64,000 bases of DNA from Amoebophrya sp. A120 (taxonomy: Eukaryota > Protista > Dinoflagellata): assembly GCA_905178155.1 (NCBI GenBank), contig CAJINV010000007.1, positions 4,242,258 to 4,306,257 on the forward strand, given 5' to 3'. Below, one piece after another: positions 37,275 to 48,392 of this stretch. How positions within the stretch are numbered: the first letter of the stretch is position 1; every line of letters begins with the position of its first letter. A program made the translations under genes and the position numbers. Under the pieces are notes generated by a model, which saw nothing but the letters and a program-made list of their open reading frames with translations, did not search any database and had not been told where the DNA came from.

Positions 37275-39611
37275 GTGAACAGGATGAGGTCGCCTATCCC
37301 TGCTCCATCGCCCCTTATTTACCGACTCGCGCGCCTGGTCGCCGGCTCAGTGGCGCTTTTCAACGGCAGAGAGGCTTTCTGTGCAAGTCCATTCGCCTCC
37401 TGGCCCAGCACCCCGAGCACGACTGCGTCAAGTTTTCTAGCGACACCTGTCGCGGCAGCACAGGAAGAGGAGCAGAAGCAGAAGGCGGGGGAGATTACGC
37501 GGCTTTTGCTCGAGCGCGATGTCGCGGGCCGCGAGGAGACAAGAACGACTGATGGTGCGAGCAAACTACTTCCTCGCACTCGTCGAGCAGACATCGACCA
37601 AGATGTCGACATGATGTCGTACCCGCGCACCAGCAGCACCAGTAACAAAGAGAAAGACACCTCATTATCTGCAGCAGCGCCCAAATTCAAGCGCTCGGTG
37701 TCATTTTCGTTGTCTGACGACAAAGTTTTCATCATTCCCAGCAGCTATGATGCGGCAGAAGAAGTAGAGAACAATGCGGCGCCGCGTGTACATGATCAGC
37801 CAGATGATCTCCAGCCTGAAACCGAAGCTGAGGGAGTCATAGAAGTTTGCACAAGAAGAAAAGGCTCTGACTCATCCTCATCTGATTCCTCAGATGACTC
37901 TTCGTCGGAGGATCCTGGAGACGATGATGAGCAAAATGCAGGCAAGACGATTTCCAAGCATGACGACCAACTTGGCAGTAGGTTGAAAGGGAACCAGCTG
38001 GTGCTACGCTCCACCACCGGCAGCGGTGGTCCACGAGCTCCACGCACTACTACACCAGAAGCAGAGATGGAAGATGTTTCTCTATTGACGAAGAATAAGA
38101 AATCTCCTTCAGTTCGGGATCCTCGGCACGACGAACAGCCTGCTTTCCCCAAATCGAGGACTGCACCGAGCGGCGCAGGGGGATTTGGCTTGAAGAATGA
38201 CTCGTTTTCTGGCGCATCTGCACGCCAGCATCGTTCCTTTTTTCGCCAATTTTCGGAGGACGAGCCGGAGCCGCAGCGTGAGCCAAGCGACGGGGTAGAG
38301 CTCCTCAGCGGATCAGCGGAGCAGCCTCAAGAAACAGAAAATGCAAATGGAAAAACAACTATTGTCGAAGTCGACCCAGAAATGGCGGCCCTCGAGAAGC
38401 AGCTCCGCGCTTTGGCACTGTTGAAGGGGGATGCCCGGGCGAGCCAGGACCAGCTTTGGTGGGGTGTGAGCGAAGAAGAGAAGGCGAGCATGCGGAGGGA
38501 CTTGAGCGTGATTCAAACGGTATTTTCATCATCTTCATCGGGTAATACACCTAATCCTAAAAATAAACCGAATAAAGCAAACTCAACAAGCGCTGCCGCA
38601 TCAAATGTTGACAAATCGGGCACGGCCAGGGAATCAGAAGCAGACACGACCCCCTGTCAGGAAAATAGGAATCACAGTACCATCGGTGAAGTTCCCATGG
38701 ATGTCGACGCGGATGTGGGACAAATACAAATAGATCTTGCGGAACTCCATCAGGGGTCTCCACCAAAGCTACTCGCCGTCCAAGATGACCAGGCCGCACG
38801 CAAATCGCCTACGCACGAGGCGAAGAGACACGCGGCCGTCGACAAATCCAGATCTGCAAGCTCCTCTGTTGTCTCAGCAATGCCTTCGAGCGGGCTTCTT
38901 GTCCCCCCTCCTACGTCCAGAGGCGTGCCAACATGTGCAGTGGACACTTCTGAGTCTAACACAGTTAGTAAAGGTTCTGCAACATCCACACCGGCTGGAG
39001 GTAGCAAGAAGAAGAGTAAGTCATCTCCAAAAAAGACGAATGACGGTAGGCAAAGAGCTCGCAGAGATGCTGGAGGACAGGCGAAAGACCACACGGGGTC
39101 AGGTAGCGTCAACATCGCCAAGTCCAACTCTCACCAGGCAGTAGAAAACCATCAAGATCAAGATGATGATCCGAGCAAGCAAGAACCCGGACATGAAACG
39201 CAACCCCCGCAACGAGAGACTACAAGAACGACAACGGCCGAGCGCGTCAGAAATATCGTCGCGCGTATTGCTAGCCGACTCGCGAACACGGGCAGGTCGT
39301 GCACATCCGAGCTCGATGTGAAGGACCTGCTTCGGCAGGCGGCCAGGCAAGGCGAAAAAGTTGCGTGCGGAATCGCGCATGGTCTCGCGCACAACGTGCA
39401 CGAAACCGTGGTGGACACCGTGGACGCGGTGCACAACTACTGCATTCCGGTCGGGGAGTTCTATCTGCGGCATTGCATATCAACCGAACCGGTCTCCAAA
39501 CAGTCCTCGATTGTAACGGCTAAAAGTACCAAAAAAATACGAAGAAAAGTAGTGCGGCCTGAGTTTGTCATTGGACGAGATTTTTGGAAAGCAGACCAAC
39601 TAATATGGTGA
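37275..39611 (+). CDS. 778-aa low-complexity orphan protein with a possible N-terminal signal/hydrophobic segment
   Basis: Long single ORF; LIYRLARLVAGSVALF near the N-terminus; no recognisable domain. Confidence 0.7.
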   Translation: MNRMRSPIPAPSPLIYRLARLVAGSVALFNGREAFCASPFASWPSTPSTTASSFLATPVAAAQEEEQKQKAGEITRLLLERDVAGREETRTTDGASKLLPRTRRADIDQDVDMMSYPRTSSTSNKEKDTSLSAAAPKFKRSVSFSLSDDKVFIIPSSYDAAEEVENNAAPRVHDQPDDLQPETEAEGVIEVCTRRKGSDSSSSDSSDDSSSEDPGDDDEQNAGKTISKHDDQLGSRLKGNQLVLRSTTGSGGPRAPRTTTPEAEMEDVSLLTKNKKSPSVRDPRHDEQPAFPKSRTAPSGAGGFGLKNDSFSGASARQHRSFFRQFSEDEPEPQREPSDGVELLSGSAEQPQETENANGKTTIVEVDPEMAALEKQLRALALLKGDARASQDQLWWGVSEEEKASMRRDLSVIQTVFSSSSSGNTPNPKNKPNKANSTSAAASNVDKSGTARESEADTTPCQENRNHSTIGEVPMDVDADVGQIQIDLAELHQGSPPKLLAVQDDQAARKSPTHEAKRHAAVDKSRSASSSVVSAMPSSGLLVPPPTSRGVPTCAVDTSESNTVSKGSATSTPAGGSKKKSKSSPKKTNDGRQRARRDAGGQAKDHTGSGSVNIAKSNSHQAVENHQDQDDDPSKQEPGHETQPPQRETTRTTTAERVRNIVARIASRLANTGRSCTSELDVKDLLRQAARQGEKVACGIAHGLAHNVHETVVDTVDAVHNYCIPVGEFYLRHCISTEPVSKQSSIVTAKSTKKIRRKVVRPEFVIGRDFWKADQLIW

Positions 39612-40188
39612 ACGTAAAAAAGAAAGGGCATGCGACCCTATGGAATAAAGTAAAGGTATGATTTTGAAGGTGAAGCATTTGCATTGAATCAAGCAGAATT
39701 CGCATCCGCGATACTTACAGGTTTGAGCTAATGAAGATGAGGAAGGTTTTCATTTTCAGAATAATACGCTGCTCACTTCAATCCAACGTTAGCTTACGAG
39801 GAAGGGGAGTTAATTTGCGGTCTCGTCACTACGTTTCGGAAAACTCCCACCCACACTGACGCTTCGTGTTGCAAGATCTGACGGACGGTATTCAAAATTG
39901 GATGTACTACTTTTTCTGCATGCAAAAGCCACATGGCAGAGCGACAGCGAGGGCGGCGATTTTTTCACCCGGCATAGCAGCGATCCTGTTCCTGGACAAA
40001 CTGGGTTTTGGGTACTTTTTTCAGAACGCACAAAAGCGATTTTTTGACGTTTCTATCGATAGGGGAAATTTTGAGTCCGTCGCATTGAAATTTGCAAACA
40101 CAACACTTAATTACTTAGTCGCTATCGACTCACAGAGAGTTTCTCTGCAATAAACCGCGTATCAGTGGCGAATTATCGTTGAAGCTCC

Positions 40189-43100
40189 ATGTCTGTGCAA
40201 AAGTTCAACCGCGGCACCCAAGAAAATTTCCTTCTGACACCCGATTCCGACATGCAGCAGGCTTTAGATGACTTGGAAGAGCATTATCTGCAGGAAGATC
40301 TCCAGGCTAGTGCGGGAGACCAAACGCAAACCGCCAGGAGCATGACGGACGAACTGAATGCGATCGGGGTCGCAGGTGGACCAGATGAAAGATTTGCTGC
40401 AGCAGAAGACGACGAGTTCGAAAATAACACGAATTCGGCACGTAGTTGTGATATCGTCGGGCAGAGGCAGAGCACGCCGTCGCAAGAGAACGAAGTAAAT
40501 GATCGTGAAGGAGCTGCAGGAGCTAACCCTGCTTCCGGGACTACTGGCCGCGTAGCTACAGGTACTAGCACTACAGCTGAGGTGAGCAGCGACGGAGCAA
40601 ATGCAAGACCTAGACCTTCTATGATGAACACAGATCATTCGCATTCCAGATTCGACGTGTTTTGCCATCGAGTCGTGTCGGGAGCGGTGCAGTGGATGTA
40701 TGATCGAGTGAAACTATCGGACGAGGAGAGAATGGAGCTCGAACTCGAAAAGCAATTGAAAGTAGACGTCGACACAGGTAACGCCTGCAGCCACGAGGGC
40801 GCCCTCTTGTTGGAGCAGATGCTTGTCAAGGATAAGAAGGGCGGGATAACATCATCAGGAAGCACTAGCGCCGGTACAACCTGTAGAAGTTTTTCGTCCA
40901 CCTCTACCGCCACAGTGGCCGGCCCTTCTTCCGCCTCCTCGTCGTCATGCAGTGCCAAAGGAGCTGTAGGTAAGGGTGCAGCATCATCGAAAACCACGGT
41001 GGCGGAGAAGGAAAAAGACCAGGAGCTGGAAAAGATGCAGAAACTGCACCAGATGATGAAACACCGACGGAGGCGGGATTTGAAAAAAATCTCGGAAATG
41101 AGCAACAACGGGCAACTGATGATCTCTAGCGGCGTATTGGAGCAGGGCATGGCAAACTTCAAAAATTACAATAACCACGCTGTTGGTGGTGCTGGCGGTG
41201 CGACTTCTAGTACTTCTCCGCTTGTTGGTGCACTTGGCACCGCGAAGATGAAAAAGAAAAAAGAGCAGAAAAAGATGATATCCTCACCAGCGACGTCAAG
41301 GACGTCGGCTGGGGCGCCGGCCGCAGGTGGAAATCTTCACCTTGATCAGGATCTTGCTACGACCGCCTCTCCAGAGGATATCTCCAGCCAGATCCAGATT
41401 TACAACCGAACCCGGCCGAACCAGCCGCCCACTGCGGACGACAAGGTGTACTTGAAATTGCCGCTACACGCTATTTTCACCCCAGGGTATTCCGACCAAC
41501 CAGGGGCCCTCGAAGCGGACGCGAGGCTTTGCATCGGGCGCCCTACCATGGTATCCAGAAAAAAACACCCATCCCCATCCATTTTTTACATGACAAATAT
41601 TGCAGATTATGCATGTTTTGCATGACAAACTGGATGGGGATGGGTGTTTTTTCCTGGATACATGGTCTGGGACGCGCCGGCCGAGCGGTGGCGAAAATTT
41701 CTGATCAAGGAGGTCACGGAAGACGGCCAAGGGTCAGCAGTTATCGTTTGGAGGAGCAAGTACTTAAGTGTCGCATGGAGCTGCGTTGTAAATCTTTATT
41801 TATAGGCTGAGAATTGCAATTGCTATGATCCACACGGTAAGTACGAAAGGCTTGTGCCTGCCTTATCTTTACCTTCTCTAGGTCTAGCACAGTTGTTTAG
41901 CAGCTTTGCATAAAGATTCGTCGCATAAAGATAAACAATTCGCCATGTTGATTGAAATCTGTTAATACTAGGATGCTGAGGCTCGTATGCGACGCTCGTT
42001 TTGCAATGCACATCATCGTTTGAGAAGAAAGGGCCTTGTGCCATACCATTCGTAACAGCGCCACCAAACTTCGGAGGAGGAGTTGCCGTTTCTGCGGTTA
42101 GTGGTACGTCAGCAGGCCCTTCGGGCGCGACTGCGAGCACGACTTATGCTGGACCACCGCCCGAAGCTGCATTGAAAACTGGCGTACCTCCAGAAGCTTC
42201 TTGCGGACCACAACAGCACACCACGACGAGCAGTAGCCAAAGCAAAAGGCGAAACAACAAAAGCAGCCTCATCTCGTCGTGCTCATCTGGTGGAGGTGCC
42301 ACACCTTCTAGCAGTAGGAGAACAAGCAAAGTAGACTCGTCACGAGCAGGCGGGCCTAAAAGTGCTAGCGCAGCACGAGCAACTGGGATGAAAAACAAGT
42401 TCGTTCTACTGGAAGAAGTTGATTCCGCGACGTACCAAGAAAAGCTCTGCGAGGTGCAAGAATTGGCGTTGCAGGAGAAACGGGACAGAACTAGGTTTCT
42501 GTGGAAAAAGCTGCGGTGGCGGAATTTGACCGTCTTCACAGTATGTCAAGGCATGTTCTTGAAACGACCCTTGCTATGACTGTCAGACGTGTAAAGAGTC
42601 GTACTGTGCAGAAACAGCATGTTGTAGCTCCTGTAGGAGCGAGCATTTTTTTGCAGGCGGCCAAAGTTGACACTTCATTTATCATTTTCTTTTCGTCTAA
42701 TTTGAATTTCAATCAATCAAAGTAAGTACTTTATTCGTGAAGATAAATACGAGCTGCACTACAAACAATCACTGGCATCGCGAAGGTCGTCACGAGTATT
42801 TGTTGCCTAGTATACAGAATTTGGATGTTCCATGTGCTTTTTGAAGTGCACTGCACCTGCAATCCGGAGGACTTGAGCTTCATCAGTAGGCGTGCTGTGG
42901 AGAACTACGAGGGCCTAGTGCAGCCTACGGCGACTGAGCAGAAAAACAATTTCCTCCAGTTTTGCTATCCAGGCTTGCAGAAGCTGTAGTAGTATCGCAA
43001 ACGACTTCAAATCAATAGAATCTGAACAATTACTTCTTGCATCATATCAACCAAGGCAATAGCTAAATGTTGACGCACGAACAAGACGCACAAGAAATGC

Positions 43101-43373
43101 ACACCTGTTGGTTTGGAACGCGCATGCGATACTAATGTTTTCAAAGTACACTACTGGCCGAACAGATCACCTGGCGGAGTTTTCTCCAACTACCGGCGGC
43201 CACGGAGTATAGTACCGGAAAATTGCGGGAAGATCAAGCTCTCTCAAGATGTTTACTCACTCTACCTTCTTTCAGCATATCATTCCCCAAAGAGACAGAC
43301 TCTTTTGCGGGCCTGGTTGTATAATTGGAAAGTCTACACTGGTGGTGGGAATTGCAAATGCAATTGGAACTGA
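40189..43373 (+). CDS. Multi-exon protein of unknown function (exons 40189-41550, 41665-41732, 41982-42540, further exons ~42820-42990 and ~43120-43373 tentative)
   Basis: Removing two non-canonical introns gives a continuous frame LCIGRPTMVWDAPAERWRKFLIKEVTEDGQGSYATLVLQC. Strong donor ACA|GTATGT at 42541. Confidence 0.65.
41552..41660 (+). mobile_element. 109-bp inverted-repeat introner with 5-bp target duplication CATGG (intron 41551-41664, GT...TG)
   Basis: 30-nt TIRs with 29/30 match (41552-41581 vs 41631-41660). CATGG at 41547-41551 and 41661-41665. The element carries an in-frame stop, and excision restores the ORF. Confidence 0.9.
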
Positions 43374-44189
43374 GTGAATAACAAACCGCAATGAGCAAAA
43401 GAACGAACAGCTGCTCCAAAGACAATGAGCAAGATATACATATATTCTACAAGAAAACGGGTCGCCCTGAAGGGCGACCCTTTCTTGAACTTGATTTTTT
43501 TGCATAAGCATGATCATTAGGATTGTTGGGCTGGGCTTCCTGGGAAGGAGGAAGGGCGGGGCAGGGGTAGCGCTCAGGAAGAGTAGCGCGACAGGAGATC
43601 AGTGCGTGCGCTATATAAAGTTGTAGGGGCAGCAGCTGTAGACAGAAAGCAGAAAGGCGCCTCGGGTACAGACAGAGCAGCTGCCTGCCAGCTCTGAAGT
43701 AAGAAGCCAACAGGCCTTCTGACACCTGCACAGCGGAAGCGGAGCGGAAATGTGGCGACCCAAAGGCTCAGGCAAGTCGAGGCGCCGTCTCCGGTGCGTG
43801 ATAAACTACCTAACAACACTGCGAAGCGGCCCCGCTGATCATGCGGCTCCGGCGATGGGGCAAGTGAGTGTCGTGGTGCAGACATTCGCCGGGCTTTTGC
43901 GTTCGTACTGTGGTGGCCTGGCCCTATTTCTACACCCAGAACACCTCCGGGGCGTGGGGACTTCAGTTGCTGCGCCCGATCATGCGCGCGCTAATCTATC
44001 GAAGGCGTCAGCCGCGGGATGGCGATCGATGGGGGGGGCCGGGCGATGGAGGGGCGGCGGCCGAGTACAAACGCACCAAGGCAAGGGACGGGCGGGCCGA
44101 AGTGGTTGGGCTTCGTGCTGGCCGTGTGCCAACGCAAAAGAAAAGCAGAAACATCTTTTGGCGCCCCTCCGCCCAGCAACTACGCAAAA

Positions 44190-46657
44190 GAAGCCGGCGC
44201 CGGGGCTCGCTTGGCGGGCCTTCACGCAAAGCAAGCAAAGGCTCAGGGCAGAAGGCCCGAGAGAGCGAGGGCCCGCCCGGCCCGGCCAATGGGGGGGGCC
44301 TCGGTCGGGGGGGCCCCCGGGGCTTCTGTTCGGGCGGGCCTCGCGGGGGGCCTCAGGCCCGGGCATTTGCCGGCGCCGGGGCTCGCTTGGCGGGCCTTCG
44401 CGCAAAGCAAGCAAAGCTTCAGGGCAGAAGACACGAGGGCCCTTCCGGGCTGGCCAAAGGGGGGGCCTCAGGGGGGGCCTTAGGGGGGGCCTCAGGGCTG
44501 TCAATAGGGCCACAGGCTCGGGCATAGGCCGGCGCCGGGGCTCGCTTGGCGGGCCTTCGCGCAAAGCAAGCAAAGCTTCAGGGCAGAAGACACGAGGGCC
44601 CTTCCGGGCTGGCCAAAGGGGGGGCCTTAGGGGGGGCCTCAGGGGGGGCCTTAGGGGGGGCCTTAGGGGGGGCCTTAGGGGGGGCCTTAGGGGGGGGGCC
44701 CATGCGGGAGGCCTCAAGGCTGTCATCAATAGGGCCGCAGGCTCGGGCATTTGCCGGCGCGCGCCGGGGCTCGCTCGGCGGGCCGGGCCTTCACGCAAAG
44801 CACACAAAGCCTCCGGGCAGAAGACACGAGGGCCCTCCCGGGCTGACCACAAGGGGGGCCTTCGGAGGGGGGGCCCCCGGGGCGGCCTCAGAGGGGGCCC
44901 CGGGCTTCTGTTCGGGGGGGCTTTGCGGGGGGCCTCCGGCTCGGGCATGTGAGTGCCGGCGCCGGGGCTCGCTTGGCAGGCCTTCAAGCAAAGCAAGCAA
45001 AACTTCAGGGCAGAAGGCCTGAGGGAGCGAGGGCCCTTCCGGGCTGGCCAAAGGGGGGGCCTTAGGGGGGGGGGCCGTAGGGGGGGCCGCAGGGATGCCT
45101 CAGGGCTGTCAATGAATAGGGCCACAGGCTCGGGCATTGGCCGGCGCCGGGGCTCGCCTGGCGGGCCTTCACGCAAAGCAAGCAAAGCTTCAGGGCAGAA
45201 GACAGGAGGGCCCCTCCGGGCTGGCCAAAGGGGGGGCCTCAGGGGGGGCCTCTGCCGGGGGGGGCCTCCGGGGTGCCTCAGGGCTCCTGTTCCTTCGGGG
45301 GGGCCTTGCGGGGGGCCTCAGGCTCGGGCATTTGCCGGCGCCGGGGCTCGCTTCGCGGGCCTTCAAGCAAAGCAAGCAAACCGTCAGGGCAGAACGCCCG
45401 AGGGAGCGAGGGCCCTTCCGGGCTGGCCAAAGGGGGGGTCTTAGAGGGGCCTCAGGAAGGGCCTCGTATCCCGTTCGGCTTTTCGGTAGAAACCGAAAAG
45501 CATTCCGAAGAGCCTTGCCGGCGCCTTCGACTGCGCAGCGAATAGCATTGCCCAGGAGGGCTACAGGGCATGCGTGTCATGCATTCCGAAGCGGCCCCGC
45601 CAGTAATTAAAATCAAAGGACAAAGCCGGGGCGGTAGCCAAAATATGAAGCCAAAGCCAAGGACTCACTTCGTGACTTTGTTTATTGTGTCCAAAACCAA
45701 AGCGGCCCCGCCCGCAATCAGAATGAGAACCGGCGGACCAGCCAAGGTAGACAGCGCGTGGCGCCGCCCGGGATTGTTCGGTCGCTGCCTGCGTCAAAGA
45801 AATGGTCGGCGATGATCTGCTTGGCTTTATGTTCTGTGGCAGACGTCTGCGAACGCTCGCGAAAAAAAGAGGGGGCCTAAGGGGGGGCCCAACCCACCCT
45901 CCTTGGGCAAAAGGGGGGGCCTCAGGGGGGGCCTTAGGGGTCGAGGGGGGGCCTGAGGGGGGGCCTAAGGGGGGGCCTGAGGGGGGGCCTGAGGCCCAGA
46001 ATAGCGCTAATGATCATTATTAGTCTTGTAATNNNNNNNNNNNNNNNNNNNNNNNNNNNNNNNNNNNNNNNNNNNNNNNNNNNNNNNNNNNNNNNNNNNN
46101 NNNNNNNNNNNNNNNNNNNNNNNNNNNNNNNNNNNNNNNNNNNNNNNNNNNNNNNNNNNNNNNNNNNNNNNNNNNNNNNNNNNNNNNNNNNNNNNNNNNN
46201 NNNNNNNNNNNNNNNNNNNNNNNNNNNNNNNNNNNNNNNNNNNNNNNNNNNNNNNNNNNNNNNNNNNNNNNNNNNNNNNNNNNNNNNNNNNNNNNNNNNN
46301 NNNNNNNNNNNNNNNNNNNNNNNNNNNNNNNNNNNNNNNNNNNNNNNNNNNNTAGGGGGGGCCTCAGGGGGGGCCTTAGGGGGGGCCTTTTTTGGCTCTG
46401 GGCGTCTGCGAACACGAAAAAAAGGGGGGGCCTAAGGGGGGGCCTAACCCCCCCCCTTTGGGCAAAAGGGGGGGCCCCAGGGGGGGCCTCAGGGGGGGCC
46501 TTAGGGGGGGCCTTTTTTGGCCTCAGGGGGGGCCTGAGGGGGGGCCTCAGGGGGGGCCTTAGGGGTCGAGGGGGGGCCTGAGGAGGGGCCTAAGGGGGGG
46601 CCTGAGGGGGGGCCTGAGGCCCAGAATAGCGCTAATGATCATTATTAGTCTTGTAAT
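44190..46657. repeat. G-rich compound minisatellite: ~7 copies of a ~160-225-bp unit, with nested 12-mer GGGGGGGCCT(T/C)A arrays
   Basis: Unit core CCGGGGCTCGCTTGGCGGGCCTTC.CGCAAAGCAAGCAAAGCTTCAGGGCAGAAG recurs near 44200, 44375, 44535, 44765, 44960, 45145 and 45340. The 12-mer arrays occur within units and again at 45870-45995 and 46353-46620. Confidence 0.92.
46033..46352. other. Assembly gap (320 N)
   Basis: Run of N. Confidence 1.
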
Positions 46658-48392
46658 TGCTGCCCGGAAGTAGTTCTAGGGGCAGCTGCGCATGGAGTCC
46701 TCGCTCCATGAAGTGCAAAGGGCAAAAAGAGGGATCTACAGTGATGAAGAATACTGACAAGCTAGCTTAGGCATAAGCATCAAGCATCACGACCGAAGTA
46801 GAATTCTCTTTCTCGAGGAGTGCAGCTTCATCAAAAACTTCTCTGGAATGTTCATGTATGCGGCTCTCACTCTTCCACGGCCGGAACGACGAGAAAGTAG
46901 AAGAGGCAGTAGAGTGGATGAAAATTATATAAGAGTCTCTTCATATTCTTGGTGACTTGCTCTTTCCGACTGTTTTTCCCTGCACAGTAGCCTTCGGGAG
47001 GACCCGGAAAAGCCATCTTTTGCACCCACTTCAACGAGGTGATCACGGGCTTTGCGTGCTACTTCGTCTTCGTTGTGGACCCGTTCTTGCGGAAAAAGTA
47101 TGGTTTTCTTGAAGCTGGAGGCGCATGAGATTCTCGGCGTCTCTCTTGATGTTGGCAGGGGTCGTGCTACGTAAGAAGTTAGTACTTACTTTACAGCAGT
47201 ATTCCGTGAAGATCGGATTGTTCTTCGCTGTTGGACGAGCTTGGCGCTGCTCTGGAAACGACTTTGGCTCTTCCCTTTCTTGTTTCTTACTTTATACTAA
47301 CATTCGCTTGTTTGATGTACACCTCCGGTCGAAAAACTACAAACTGCTTCTTGCCTTGTTTCTTTAGATTGTTTCCGACGTCACCACTTATCTTTGTCTT
47401 GACGTCAGACAGAAGATTGTATATGGTTTCCTGCAAAACTACCCGTACCCAAAGCCAAGTAGAACTAAAAAACCCGGTTTTGTTGAAACTTCTGACGTCT
47501 TGTGACGAATGAAACAAGGCTTTTGCCTACTGGATCTGTGGCAAGATTATCACGCTCGTCGTAGAGTGAGTCACACGCACACCACTAACTGTTGGTGTTG
47601 ATGCCCGAAAAGTGAGTGTATGCAGATTTTTTTCATAGCTACTACTAAATTATGGTCATTTTTATCTACCCTCTCTACCATGTCGTTTTCCTTTTCGTGT
47701 CGTCTTGGTTTCTCCTCGTCCAGTCGTATCTCGTCCACAACACGATCTCTGTCTCTCCCCGTAGGCACTTCGTGAAAAAAATGCTCTCGCTTTTTCTTTG
47801 AAGAAAGTAGCACATACTGACGAGGTTGCTCGTCGTCCTCCAGAACAAACGTTGCCCCCCCACACACGATTCGTACTCCCGCTGCTCGTTCGTTCCGCTG
47901 CTCTTCGTTCATCTACGTAGTAGCTAGTTGTCAGCCAAGTTACACTTACAACTTCTATACTGTAGATCGTCAATACAAAGTCAAAAATGCTGTGGCGTCT
48001 TCGTGAATAGCAATGACTTCCCGGCGCTGCAGCAATGCCGGTACAACTCGTCGTCGTCGTGATGTCATCTTCTGATATAGGCTTTTCCATTCCAGGCGAG
48101 GTTGCAAGAAACCACGTGCACCTAGAAAAAGAAACATCAAACGACAAAGATGAACTCGTCATGGAGATCAACAGATTATGTCTTCTCTCTTCCTACTTTC
48201 TCGCTTTGCAGGAGCATTTTTTCCTTTTTGTACAATATATAACAATAGCATGAGGTCAACGTCGGCCATACATAACCTAATAATTTTTCTTCTTGTTGAG
48301 TCTTGAAATTTTTACCACCTGGATGTGTGTAGAAGTTTTGCAAGATTTGATAGTTGTGTTCTAGCTAGGACAGTAAAAAAGCAAACTACACC

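Noticed and set aside
43750-45610. 400-aa and other long G/R/P-rich ORFs on both strands
   Set aside because: By-products of a stop-poor GC minisatellite; open in several frames and merely translating the DNA repeat
46010-46435. ORFs spanning the N run
   Set aside because: Artefact of the assembly gap
44460-46620. TTAGGG within the 12-mer repeat as a telomeric array
   Set aside because: The unit is G7CCT(T/C)A rather than tandem T(T)TAGGG, and it is internal
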